A DNA stretch of 64,000 bases from Camelus ferus. Its lineage: Eukaryota. Positions 10,777 to 23,163 of the stretch are shown in pieces. The position numbers and the translations under genes were made by a program. The notes below the pieces were generated by a model that did no database searches, was not told the origin of the DNA, and saw only the letters and a list, made by a program, of their open reading frames with translations. Each line of letters starts with the position of its first letter. Position 1 is the first letter of the stretch. The DNA lies in contig NC_045696.1 of the NCBI RefSeq assembly GCF_009834535.1, positions 60,142,001 through 60,206,000 on the forward strand, given 5' to 3'.

Positions 10777-13534
10777 GGAGGTTAGAGGTCAAGGTGGTGG
10801 AGTAGTAGGACCCGGAGCTCACCTCTCCTCGTGACTACAACAAAACCACAACTGTCTGCTAAACAACCATCAAAAAAATAAACCAACAAAACAAAATAAA
10901 ACAAAACAAAAAAACTGGGACCTAGCAAAAAAGATATTTCAACTGGAAACATAAAGATGGAACCACAGTGGAACGGCATGAAGGGTGTGATCACAATGTA
11001 ATCGGGCCAAAGCCCCACTGGGGTGGGCGACCTACAAGCTGAAGAACAATTAAGTTGCAGGGCCCCTCCCACAGGAGTGAGAGTTCTGAGCCCCATGTCA
11101 GGCTCCCCAGCCTGAGGTCCTGGCATTGGGAGGAGGAGACCTAAGGACATCTGGTTTTGAAGACTAGCAGGACTTAGCTCCAGGAGCCCCACAGGACGGG
11201 GGGAAACAGAGGCAGTGATTTCATACAAACCTGGGCCAGACCTGCCTACTGGTTTGGAGGGTCTCCTGGGGACATAGGGGATGGCTGTGGCTCACCCTGG
11301 GGCCATGAAATCTGGTGGCAGACATTCTGGGAGTGTTCATCTACGTGAGCTTTCCCAGAGGCTGACATCTTGCTTGGGACATTAGCACCAAGACCTAGCC
11401 CCGGCAAACAGCCTAAAGGCTTAAGTGCTGGGAAGCCTCAGGCCAAACAGCATACTGGGTGGGAACACAGCCCAACCCATCAGCAGACTTCCTGAGCCTT
11501 GAACCCCCTCTAGACACGACCCTAGAGATGGCCCTACCCACAGAGGACCAGGACCAAGCCTCACCCAGCATTGGACAGGCACTAACTCCTCCTGCCAGGA
11601 AACCTGCATAAGGCTCTAGTCCAGCCTCACCCACCAGGGGGAAGATATCAGAAATAAGAAAACAACAATCCCAAAGCCTGTGGAAGGAATCCACAAACAC
11701 AGGCCAGATTCTACCCTGGGACTGGCTGGACCCTGGCCCTTGGGTGACAAGAGAAGAGTGTACTGCTGGGATGCATAGGACATTTCCCACAGAAAGCCAA
11801 TTCTCCAAGGTCAAAAAATATAACTAAACTACCAAAAAATACAAATAGAAAGACAGTATGAGGCAGCAGAGAAATATCTTTGAGGCTAAAACACAAGATA
11901 ATAAAATTCCAGAAGAAGATATTAGTGATGACGAGATAGACAATCTATCCAAGAAAGAGTTTAGAGTAATGATGGTGAAGATGTTTAGAGAACTTAGAAG
12001 GAGTATAGATGCACAGGGGGAAGTTTTTAGCAAAGAGTTAGAAAATATAAAGAATGCCCAAAGAGAGTGGAAGAATAAAATCACTGAAATGAATAACACA
12101 CTAGAAGGAACCAAGAATAGACTAAATGAGACAGAAGAACAAATCAGTGAGCTAGAAGACAGATTAGTGGAATTCACTACTGTAGAACAGAAAAAAGAAA
12201 AAAAGAATGAAAAGAAATGATAGTTTAAGAGAAGTCTAGGACAACATGAAGAGCACTAATATTCACATTATGGGGGGTCCCAAAAAGATGAGAGAGAGAT
12301 AAAGAATCTGAGAATATATTCCAAGAGATAATAGGCCCAAACTTCCCTGACTTGGGAAAGGAAACTGTTAGCCAAGTCCAGGAAGCACAGAGAGTTCCAT
12401 ACAGAATTAATCCAAAGAGGAGCACACCAAGGCACATAGCAATCAAACTGACAAAATTAAAATCAGCAAGAGAAAAGCAACAAATAACATACAAGGGAAC
12501 TCCTATAAGGTTATCAGCTGATTTTTCAGCAGAAATGCTACAGGCCAGAAGGGAGTGGCACAATATATTTAAAGTGATGAAAGGGGAAAACTTACAACCA
12601 AGAACACTCTATCTAGCAGGGCTCTCATTCAGATTTTATGGAGAAATCAAAACCTTCTCAGATAAACAAAAGCTAAAAGAATTCAGCACCACCAAACCAG
12701 CTTTACAACAAATGTTAAAGGAATTTCTCTAGTTATCAACCCACAAGGAAAAAGAAGAAAAAGAAGAAAGAAAGAAAGAAACTAAGAAAAAGGACCTACA
12801 AAAACAAACCCAGAACAATTAACAAAATGGCAATAAGAACATACGTATCAATAACTACCTTAACTGTAAATGGATTAAACACACCAACCAAAATACATAG
12901 ACTGGCTGAGTGGATACAAAACAAGACCCATATATATGCTGTCTACAAGAGACCCACTTCAGAGCTAGGACACATGCAGGCTGAAAGGCAATGGAAAAAG
13001 AGATTCCATGCAAATGGAAACCAAAAGAAAGCTCAAGTAGCAATACATCTATCAGACAAAATAGATTTTAAAATAAAGACTGTTACAAGAGACAAACAAG
13101 GGTACTACATAATGCTCAAGGGATCAATCCAAGAAAAAGATATAACAATTGTAAATACATATGCACCCAACATAGGAGCACCTCAGTATCTAAGGCAACT
13201 ATTAACAGATATAAAAGGAGAAATTGGCAATAAAACAATAGTGGGGGACCTTACCACCTCACTTACATCAGTGGACAGATCATCCAGATAGAAAATCAGT
13301 AAGGAAATATGGGCCTTAAATGACACATTAGACCAGAGGGACTTAATTGTTATCTGTAGAGGATTCCATCCAAAAGCGACAGGATATACATTCTTCTCAA
13401 GCACACATGAAACATTCTCCAGAACTGACCACATGCTGGCCCACAAAGCAAGCCTCGGTAAATTTTAGAGAACTGAAATCATACCAAGCATCTTTTCCGA
13501 CCACCATGCTATGAGGTTAGAGATCAACTATAAG

Positions 13535-13566
<32 letters not shown>

Positions 13567-16500
13567 CAAAACCTGCAAAAACTGCAAACACGTGGAGGCT
13601 GAAAACAATATGCTACTAAACAACCAATGGATCACTGAAGAAATTAAAGGAGAAAACAAAAAATACCTTGAGACAAATGAAAATGAAAACACAATGATCC
13701 AAAACCTCTGGGATGCAGCAAAAGTAGTTCTAAGAAGGAAGTTTATAGCGATAAAAGCTTACCTCAGGAAACAAGAAAAATCTCAAGTAAACAACCTAAC
13801 CTTACACGTAAAGCAGGTAGAGAAAGAAGAACAAACAAAATTCAAAGTTAGTAGAAGGAAAAAAGATTAGAGCAGAAATAAATGAAATAGAGACTAAAAA
13901 AACAATAGACAAGATCAATAAAACTAAAACATGGTTCTTTGAAAAAATAAATGAAGTTGATAAACCTTTGGTCAAACTCATCAAGAAAAAAAGGGAAAGG
14001 GCCCAAATTAACAAAATCAGAAATGAAAAAGGAGAAGTTACAATTGACACCACAGAAATATAAGGGATCAAAAGAGGCTACTATGAGCAACTATATGCCA
14101 ACAAAAAAGGACAACCTAGAAGAAATGGATAATTTCCTAGAAAGGTACAATTTGCTAAGACTGAACCAAGTAGAAATGAGAAATATAACTAGACCAATTA
14201 TCAGTTCTGAAATTGAATCAGCAATTTAAAAAAGTCCCAACAAACAGAAGTTTGGGAGCAGATGGCTTCACAGGTGAATTCTACCAAACATTTAGAGAAG
14301 AGTTAACACCTATCCTTCTGAAACTATTCCAAAAAATTGCAGAGGAAGGAACACTTCCAAACTCATTCTATGAGGCCATCATCACCCTGATACCAAAACC
14401 AAAGATATCACACAAAAAGAAAATTATAGGCCAATATCATTTATGAAGATAGATGCAAAAACCCTGAACAAAATACTAGCAAATTGACTCCAATAATGCA
14501 TTGAAAGGATCATACACCATGATCAAATGGGATTTATTCCAAGGATGCAAGGATTTTTCAATATCCGTGAATCAATCAGTATGATACACCACATTAACAA
14601 ATTCAAGAATCAAAACCATATGATCATCTCAATAGATGCAGAAAAAGTTTTTAATAAAATTCCACATCCATTTATAATGAAAACTTTCCAGAAAGTGGGC
14701 ATAGATGAAGCATACCTCAACATAATAAAGGCCATATATGACAAGCCCACAGCTAACATCATACTTAATGGGAAAAGCTCAAAGCATTTCCTCTAGGATC
14801 AGGAACAAGACAAGGATGCCCCCTCTCACCACTTTGATTCAACATAGTTTTGGAAGTCCTAGCACTTACAATCAGAGAAGAAAAAGAAATAAAAGGAATC
14901 CAAATTGGAAATGAAGATGTAAAACTGTCACTGTTTGCAGATGACATGATACGATACATAGAAAACTCTAAAGAAGTGACCAGAAAACTACTAGAACTCC
15001 TCAATGAATTTGGTAAAGTTGCAGGATAAAAAATTAATATACAGAAATAAGTTGCATTTCTATACACTAATAACAAAATAGCAGAAAAAGGAATTAAGGA
15101 AACACTATCATTTGCCATCATACCCAAAAGTATAAAATACCTAGGAATAAACCTACTCAGGGAGGTAAAAGATCTGGGCTCAGAAAAATATGACACTGAT
15201 GAAAGAAACTGAAGATGACATAAACAAATGGAAAGATATACCATGTTCTTGGATTGGAAGAATCAACATTGTTAAAATGGCCATACTACCCAAGGCAATA
15301 CACAGATTCAATGCAATCCCTATCAAATTACCAATGATATTTTTCACAGAGCTGGGACCAAAAAATGTTAAAATTTGTATGGAAACACAAAAGACCCCAA
15401 ATAGCCAAAACAATCTTGAAAAGGAAGAATGGAGCTGAGGGAATCACATCCCTGACTTCAGGCTATACTACAAAGCTACAGTAATCAAAGCAGTATGATA
15501 CTGGCACAAAAACAGACACATAGATCAATTGAACATGATAGATAGTCCAGAAATAAACCCACGCACTTATGGTCAATTAATCTACAACAAGGGAGACAAG
15601 AATACACAATGGAGAAAAGATAGTCTCTTCAACAAGTGGTGCTGGGAAAACTGGACAACTACCTGTAAAAGATTGAAATTAGTTCTCTAATGCCATATAC
15701 AAAAATAAACTCAGAATGGATTAAAGATCTAAATATAAGACCAGATACTACAAAACTCCTAGAGGAAAACACAGGCAGAACACTCTTGGACATAAATTAC
15801 AGCAATATATTTTTTGAACCAGCTCCTAGAGTAATGGAAATAAAAGCAAAAATAAACATATGTGATCTAATTAAACTTAAAAGCTTTTGCACAGCCAAGG
15901 ATACCATCAACAAAATGAAAAGATAACCTACAGAATGGGAGGAAATATTTGTAAATGATGTGACCAAGAAGGGACTAATTTCCAAAATACACAAACAGCT
16001 CATACAGCTTAATATCAAAAAAACAAGCAACCCAATTGAAAAAAAAATAGGCAGAAGACCTAACGGACATCTCTCCAAGAAGACATCCAAATGGCCAACA
16101 AACACATGAAAAGATGCTCAACATCACCAATTGTTAGAGAAATGCAAATCAAAACTACAGTGTGATATCACCTCACACAGGTCAGAATGGCCATCAAGAA
16201 GTCTACAAATGAACACAACATTGTAAAATGATTATAAATCAATAAAAAATGTTAAAAAAAAAAAAAAAGAAGTCTACAAATGATAAATGCTGGAGAAGGT
16301 GTGGAGAAAAGGAACTCTCCTACACTGTTGGTGGGAATGTAAATTGGTTTAGCCACTATGGGGGGCAGTATGGAAATTCCTTAAAAACTAAAAATAGACT
16401 TACCATATGATCCAGCAATCCTGCTCCTGGGCAAATATCCAGAGAAAACTCTAATTCAAAAAGACACATGCACCCCAATGTTCACAGCAGCACTATTTAC

Positions 16501-17065
16501 AATAGCCAAGACATGGAAACAACCCAAATGTCCATCAACAGATGGCTGGATAAAGAAGCTGTGGTATATTTATACAATGGAATACTACTCGGCAGTAAAA
16601 AAGAATGAAATAATGCTATTTGCAGCAATATGGATGAAACTGGAGAATGTCCTTTTAAGTGAAATAAGTAAGAAAGAGAAAGAAATATACCATATGATGT
16701 CACTTATATGTGGAATCTAAAAAAAAAAAAGAAACAAACTTATTTACAAAACAGAAACAGACTCACAGACATAGAAAACAAACTTATGGTTGCTGGGGCG
16801 GGAAGAGGGTGGGAAGATGTAAATTGGGAGTTTGAGATTTGCCGTCACTAATATATATAAAATAGATAAACAACAAGTTTATACTGTATAACACAGGGAA
16901 CCATATTCGATATCTTGTAACCTATGGTGAAAAAGAATATGAGAACAAAACTATGTATGTTCCTATGTGACTGAAGAATTGTGCTGTTTGCCAGAAACTG
17001 ACACGATATTGTAAACTGTACTTCAATGAAAATACATTACAAAAAAAATTCAATAAACAACAAAA
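10777..17065 (+). mobile_element. Full-length decayed LINE-1 in MUC13 intron 1 (5' UTR, ORF1 ~11858-12732, ORF2 ~12827-16720, 3' UTR, A-rich tail)
   Basis: ORF fragments translate to L1 ORF1p (QEAQRVPYRINPKRSTPRHI), endonuclease (TLTVNGLN, YAPN), RT ([19 protein letters not shown]) and C-terminus. Many stops and frameshifts. Confidence 0.95.
16213..16266 (+). mobile_element. ~54-bp L1 3'-tail insertion nested in L1 ORF2
   Basis: Perfect 17-bp TSD AAGAAGTCTACAAATGA (16196-16212 and 16267-16283) flanks an L1 terminus plus poly(A). Confidence 0.88.
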
Positions 17066-17240
17066 AAATTTAACAGACAAAACTGCAAAAGTTAATATGT
17101 ATCTTATTCAGTTATATATTAATTCTATTATGGTAATGTGACATATAATTAATATGGAATCCATCATTTATGCCTGCGGTTGCAGAACTATCAGTGTGAG
17201 TTTAATACTCCTCAGAGCAGTTCTCTCTGACCACTGGAAA

Positions 17241-17258
17241 TGCCACCAGGTGGCGCTG
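17241..17258 (+). promoter_or_regulatory. Candidate CTCF binding site in MUC13 intron 1
   Basis: TGCCACCAGGTGGCGCTG closely matches the CTCF core CCACCAGGGGGCGC. Confidence 0.65.
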
Positions 17259-18420
17259 TCATGACCTGGAAGTGGCCTCCTTGATCTCTTTACAGCTTAA
17301 GTCATTTGCCCCAATTTTCCAATACGGGGCATTTTAGCTGAAGGGTGGTAGGAAAGGGGAAGTGTTTAAAGAATGAGGAAATAAAACTATATAATTAACT
17401 GTGTATTATACTTGCTTCAAATTTTTTCTTGTGATGTTTACTCATTCATAATTCTAGACACAAAACCCTTTAAAGAGTAAGATGAATAGAGATGATATTT
17501 GCCCTAATGGCTAGGGGATCATCAAAGTTGCCTTTTTTCAAGTCTTAGGAACCCCTGGACACAGAGGGCAGTAAACTCTCAGTGATCCAGTCATCACTTT
17601 TCTAGAACACTGCACTGTCTCTAAGAACTCTGACAGTGATGTTAGGTTAAAAAAACTTATTAAAAGAAAAGGTTTTAGTGAGGAAGCTATTCCTAAACCT
17701 TCAGACATAGAAAATTGCTGAAGATGCTACCTGACTCCCCCTTGGGTCTGGAAGCTTTGGTGCAGAATCTGGCTCCTCACCTGGAACAGGGCCTGCCTGA
17801 AGCAGTCCTTCATAGGCACCCGCTTTTCAGGGGCAAGAAAGTAGTTCCCCAGCTGGCCATCGGGGCTGCTGCTACGCCTGCTCTGGCTACTACTCTCCTT
17901 TGTCAGGGGCTGACCCTGCGCCCAACAGGGCCTATGGAATAGATGTGAGCGTCCACATTTGACAGAAATGCCACCAACACTCAGAGGTATTAAGGAATTG
18001 GCCAGAGGTAAGTTTCGATTCCCATGCGTAAGGGGCAATAAGCTCTGGATGCCAGAATCAGGGATTAAACCAGGTCCCTGCTCTGCAGTAGGACTCAGAT
18101 GACATCTGGGGGTTAAAGAGAAGGGGGCATAGTGCACTGGGCCCTTGAACTACGAAGTTGTTCTTGTCTGGCCCCAGGACTCTCAAGGACAAACTGCTGG
18201 CTTGCCGAACCCCACATCTCAGTCCAGAGCCCTCTTTCTCTGCGGCTCAATCTGCCTTCATCACAGACTGAAACGCCTTGTGTCTTCGAGCCCAGCTGAA
18301 AAGGAAACTCCATCCACAATACAGCCCGCTTGGTGGGGCTGTGGCAGCACAAGCCCACGGATTTTCCCTCAAAGACAACAAACAGGATTGAAAGAATCAA
18401 AAAGTTTAAATGTTCTTTAC

Positions 18421-18472
18421 CTGAGATTAGAAAAAGGAGGGCAGGCAGAATGAGGTGACTGAAGGCTTTCAT
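18421..18472 (-). CDS. MUC13: Mucin-13 exon 1 coding part (signal peptide MKAFSHLILPALLFLIS)
   Basis: ATG at 18472, hydrophobic signal-like peptide similar to recalled human MKAIIHLTLLALL, CAG|GTAAAG donor, 52 nt, phase 1 compatible with exon 2. Confidence 0.9.
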
Positions 18473-18529
18473 TCTCTATGTCCTTGCTGGGTAATCCGGG
18501 GAGAAAATGACTTCCCTCCCACTGTCTTT

Positions 18530-18580
18530 CCTTTTAACTCTCTCTCAGGTTCAAAGTCCAATCATTAACTGACGTCAAAT
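18530..18580 (-). promoter_or_regulatory. MUC13: MUC13 proximal promoter: TATA-like TTAAAA, HNF4 site, HNF1 site, CRE
   Basis: GGTTCAAAGTCCA at 18548-18560, GTTAATGATTGGA on the minus strand at 18557-18569, TGACGTCA at 18570-18577, TTAAAA on the minus strand at 18532-18537. All lie 60-105 bp upstream of the ATG. Confidence 0.7.
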
Positions 18581-19674
18581 CAGACAAAGGCAATTACTAG
18601 TTAGGGTTTGGTCACACAGCGTAAGTCTCTCCTGAGCTTTTGAGATCAAGGTGAACTGGGCCTTACAGATTATTTTTCTGTTTCATAGTCCAGGATAACT
18701 CAGGACAGTCCAAACATCCTTAAAGATTGGGGGGCAAATGGGGGTGTTAGTTAATATCCTTATATTCCAAAGTCCCCAAACTACCATCTTTTAGGAGGTG
18801 ACTGTTCCTTTAAACACCCAGTTATGTAGTTTCACTCACTCCATTTGAGTGTGGGGAATCCAGTTTCCTCCAGCTGTAGATCTGAGAACCCCTGAGGGGT
18901 GCTTAGTGTTTCCCCAACTGCTTGTTGCTTAGCTTTTGTCACCTTTCGCTGTGGACACAAATGGGCCTCTCTGATGGTCACTTCCAGCAACTCTGTCATC
19001 ATGCCTCCAAGCATCCACGGCTCTCCACATATCTCTGTACCTGGACTCCGTCCCCATTAATGCCCTCAAAAGCAGTTAATATCAAATTGTAGCATTTACC
19101 CTAAGTGGCCTGAAAGCTGGTGGGTGACAGGTCAAGGAAGGGAAAATACAGTGCAGACAAGGAAAGACTTAAAACAGATGACTAATCTCCTCATTACTGG
19201 TCATTCACTGGAATGTCCCCCTCTCAGCTCCTCCCCTCACCTCTCACTCCTCAGCCCCTGACCTCTCACAATGTTTCAGGAAGCAGCTTTATCACCTGGA
19301 GGAGGGTCTTCTCTATCCAGTCCTCCTTCTTTAAAACCCAGGTCCCCAACCCTCTGCCCTTAGCACTAGGCAAAGGAATGCAGCCAATAACACCTTGTGA
19401 ATATTAGCCAGAGCTTTAACTCTGACCTTAGCAAAAATGAAAAATTTTATGCTATTACATAGCAGAGGAGTTCCCCATTGTCCCAGAAGTCTCCATTCAG
19501 GAATAAGTTGTGGGATTTGCTGTGGGGTTTGCTCGTATACAGCTGAAGAGCCACTTAAATCTTTGTCCCGAGCAAAGACACCTCCCAGGCCCACGTGTCT
19601 TGCTCTTATTCTCAGCCTGAACAATTCCTGGCACCAGGAGTTAAACAAAGCCTTAAAGTTCTTTTCTCTTTTCT

Positions 19675-20940
19675 TTTTAAACTCACTTTATTAAGGTAGA
19701 TGTAATTTACTTCAATAAATGAATTCATAGAAAGTGTAAAATTCAATGAGTTACGATGGATGTATATACATGTGAAATCACCATTACAGTCAAGATATAG
19801 AACATTTCCATCACATCCAAAAGTTTCCTCTTGCCTATTTGCAGTCCATTCTTTCCTCCTTGTCCAACCCCAGGCAACCACTGATCTGCGTTCTGTCACT
19901 GGAGGTTAGTTTGCTTTTTCCAGAATTGTGTATAAACGGAGTCGTGCAGTATGCACTATTTTATGTCCAGCTGCTCTCCCTCAGCACAATGACTGTGAAA
20001 TTCATCCACATTTCTGTGTACCACTTCTTCCTCTTTCCCGCTTCCTTCCTTCCTTCCTTTCTTTTACAAGTTCGTGGAGGTACAATTTATGTACACTGCA
20101 CATATTTAAAGCTTCGATGTGTGCTCACACCCAAGAAACCACCACCATAATCAAGAGGTCAAACATTCTCATAATTCCTAGAAGTGCTCTGGTGTTCATC
20201 CTTCCCACACCTCCAGTCGGAGCTGACCACTGATCTGCTTTCTGTCACTATAGATTCGCTTGCACTTCCCAGAATTTTATATAAATGGAGTCATCCAGAT
20301 GGGGGCTGGGGGGGGTTATTTTTTGGTCAGGCTTCTTAGACTTAGCATCATTATTTTGAGAGTCATTCATGTTGTTGTGCATATTAGTAGTTTGTTTCTT
20401 ATTTCTGAACAGTTTTCCATTGTATAGATTGTGCCAGACATACCATGGTTTGTTTATTCATCTGTTGATAAACATTTGGGTCATTTCTAGGTTTTGACTT
20501 TCACAAATAAAAGTGCCATGAATATTCCTGTACAAGTCTTTGTGTGGATATATGCATTCATTTCTCTTGGGTAAATACTTGTATGTGGAATGGCTGCATC
20601 ATATGGTACATTATACATTTCACTTTTAACAGACTCTCAAAGTGTCTTCCAAAGTTGGACCATTTTTCATTCCCATCAGTGGTATATGAGTTCCTGTTTC
20701 TACACATCCCTGTCAACACTCGGCTACTATCAGTCTGTATAATACAAACCATTCTAAAGGGTATGTAGTGGCATCTCACTTTGGTTTTAATGTGTATTTC
20801 CAGATGGGAAATGATGTTGAACATCTTTTCATGTGCTTATTAGCCACTCATATCTCTTCTTTCAAAAATATTTGTTTCAATCATTTGCCCGTTTCAAGCA
20901 GAATTGTTTGTCTTCTTATTTTTGAGTTCAGGGGTCTTTA
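19675..20940 (-). mobile_element. Old L1 (L1MB/L1ME-like) 3' fragments
   Basis: caggcaaccactgatctg, ttccattgtat and gatgttgaacatcttttcatgtgcttatt motifs on the reverse strand; two successive 3'-end segments. Confidence 0.75.
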
Positions 20941-22889
20941 TGTATGTGTTGCAATATGTTCTCCCTTTCTGGATTTTTCCATGACACTTCTACCTACTAC
21001 ATCCACTTTATAAAAGGAATAACCAGGAATTGAGGAAAATGGAGAAACTGGCCAGAGGTCATATAATTGGCTGCAGAGTCTCAAATGCAGGGACTCAAAT
21101 CCTGTCTCCTGAACCAGGAGGAGACCACCACTCTATCCTCTTCTGGCTTCAAGACAGCAAGAGAGTAATATCCACAGAGCTCTACTGCCAGTGTCTACTA
21201 ATGCCATACTATTGTAGCAGGGTCAATGCTACCATGGTTTGTCCCACTTCTGTGCTGAGGACACAGGAAGAGTGACCAGGGAGGGATGCAGGTCTGCTAG
21301 CACCTGCCTTCCTGACGCTTCCCTGGCCTTCCCTGGGAAATACGGGCAACAAGGTCAGGCAGTCAGTCCTGAGAGTGTGACTCCACAGCCATCCTTCTTA
21401 GGTCTCCTTCATCCCAGTCCACCACTTCCCAGGCTCAGAGAGACGATGTATGCAGAATCTCTCAGCAGGGACGTGCTCTCCCAGCTGCCCACGTCTCCTT
21501 CCACGTGGAGGCAGCTCGGTGAGCATCGTGCTCCTGGCCTCTCCGCGTGCCTTTATTCACTGGCCCTACGTGAGGTGTAGTGAGTTGTTTCAGAAGAATA
21601 AACTGGGAAAACTCACCTCTGATGTGCCTTTTCCCTTCTGGGGGGCGAACCTGTGTATTCAGGCTGGTTGTAGCTGGGAGGGTAAGGATGCAGGACTAGG
21701 AAGCCCTAAATCACATTCTCCAAAGTAAACTCCTGTTGAAAGTGATAGTTCCTCTCCGTCTACCATATTCTTTGTCCTATTTCTCACATCATTCAAAACC
21801 TGGGCAAAGAAAAGGGGCGATAATAACTAGCACCTCACCAGCTATATCCTAGATATTTATCTGTAAGTTGAGGACACAGACTCCATTTTCCTGTAGAAAC
21901 ATTATACGTAGGTGACTTTGTCACAGAATCAGCTAAAAAGAGCTAAATTTACCCATAATTACCTGGTAACCACAGAACTGTTCGTCAGCAGGGACTTTAT
22001 CAATGGCCTATTGACTATAGAGAAGGACAGGACATGCCCATTAATCTAAAATTATATCTGACTACTCAAACATAGGGTAAACAGAAGGGAGCTGTGTCAA
22101 AGCCATTTAGGACTGGAATTTGACCTGTTAAGAGCCCCTCTTTAGCTACTCTGATTCTGTAATATGGTGGTACTATCATAAGGTTCCAAGGCTTTGGAAG
22201 GATCATTAGATACCTAAAAATCGCTATCAAGATTAAACAACAAGACTCACCAAATTTTTTCTGTCTACAGAATCAAGTGTTGCAAGAAATTTTAACTGCC
22301 CTTCACTGCTTCTCACTAATTCTAGTCCCTTGGTAAGTATTTTCCATGCTATAGTCTTTCCAGATTCACTAATACTAATTATCAATATCATATTTTGATA
22401 ATAATGAAGTTGATCATTTATTTTCCTCTCTAATGCAGTAAACCATTCTCAGACAAATGGCTTGTGGGAAAGCAATCTTCCCAACTCAGGTGTTTAACTG
22501 GTGCCACTTTGACAGAACCATGTCCAATCCTGGCATTCACATCTACTGAAATTAACTTTTCACCAAATGGTTACGCTATAGGAATAACATTCAGGCAGCT
22601 CTTCAGATATTGGATACTTGAGGCACCTCTGTACATCTCTCAGCCTCTGAATATGAAGCAGTGGACAAGATAATGGAAGTTTCTACTCTTCTGGGGCTTA
22701 TGGGGGTTGAGGGATGGGTTGCAAACAAATAAAATTTCAGAGAGTGATAAATGCTATGAAGAAAATAAAACACAATGGCACAGAGATTCGTGAGGTAGAA
22801 GGTGCTTCTTTATATGGGATGGTAAGCAGAATATTCTCACGGGAGCTGATATCTGACCTGAGACCTGATATTAAGTAGGAGACTGACTG

Positions 22890-23163
22890 CCACTATGGAG
22901 GACAGTATGCAGGTGGCTTAAAAAAACTAAAAACAGACATACCATATGATCCAGTGATCCTACTCCTGGGCATATATCCAGGGAAAACTCTAATTCAAAA
23001 AGACTCATGCACACCAACATACATAGCAGCACTATTTACAATAGCCAAAACATGAAAACAACCCAAGTGTCCATCAACAGATGAATGGATAAAAAAGTTG
23101 TGATATATATATAACGGAATATTACTTGGCCATAAAAAAGAATGAAATAATGCTATTTGCAGC
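22890..23163 (+). mobile_element. Internal L1 ORF2-end fragment without poly(A), between L2 remnants
   Basis: High similarity to 16355-16625 of the full-length L1. Confidence 0.8.

Noticed and set aside
11858..16720. Active reverse transcriptase/endonuclease gene
   Set aside because: L1 ORF1/ORF2 are fragmented by numerous stops, frameshifts and a nested insertion.
17781..17931. Exon-like segment in MUC13 intron 1 (ttccatag|...CCAG|GTGAGG)
   Set aside because: 151 nt; joined to phase-1 exon 1 it hits TGA after nine codons. No recognisable homology; at most a poison exon.
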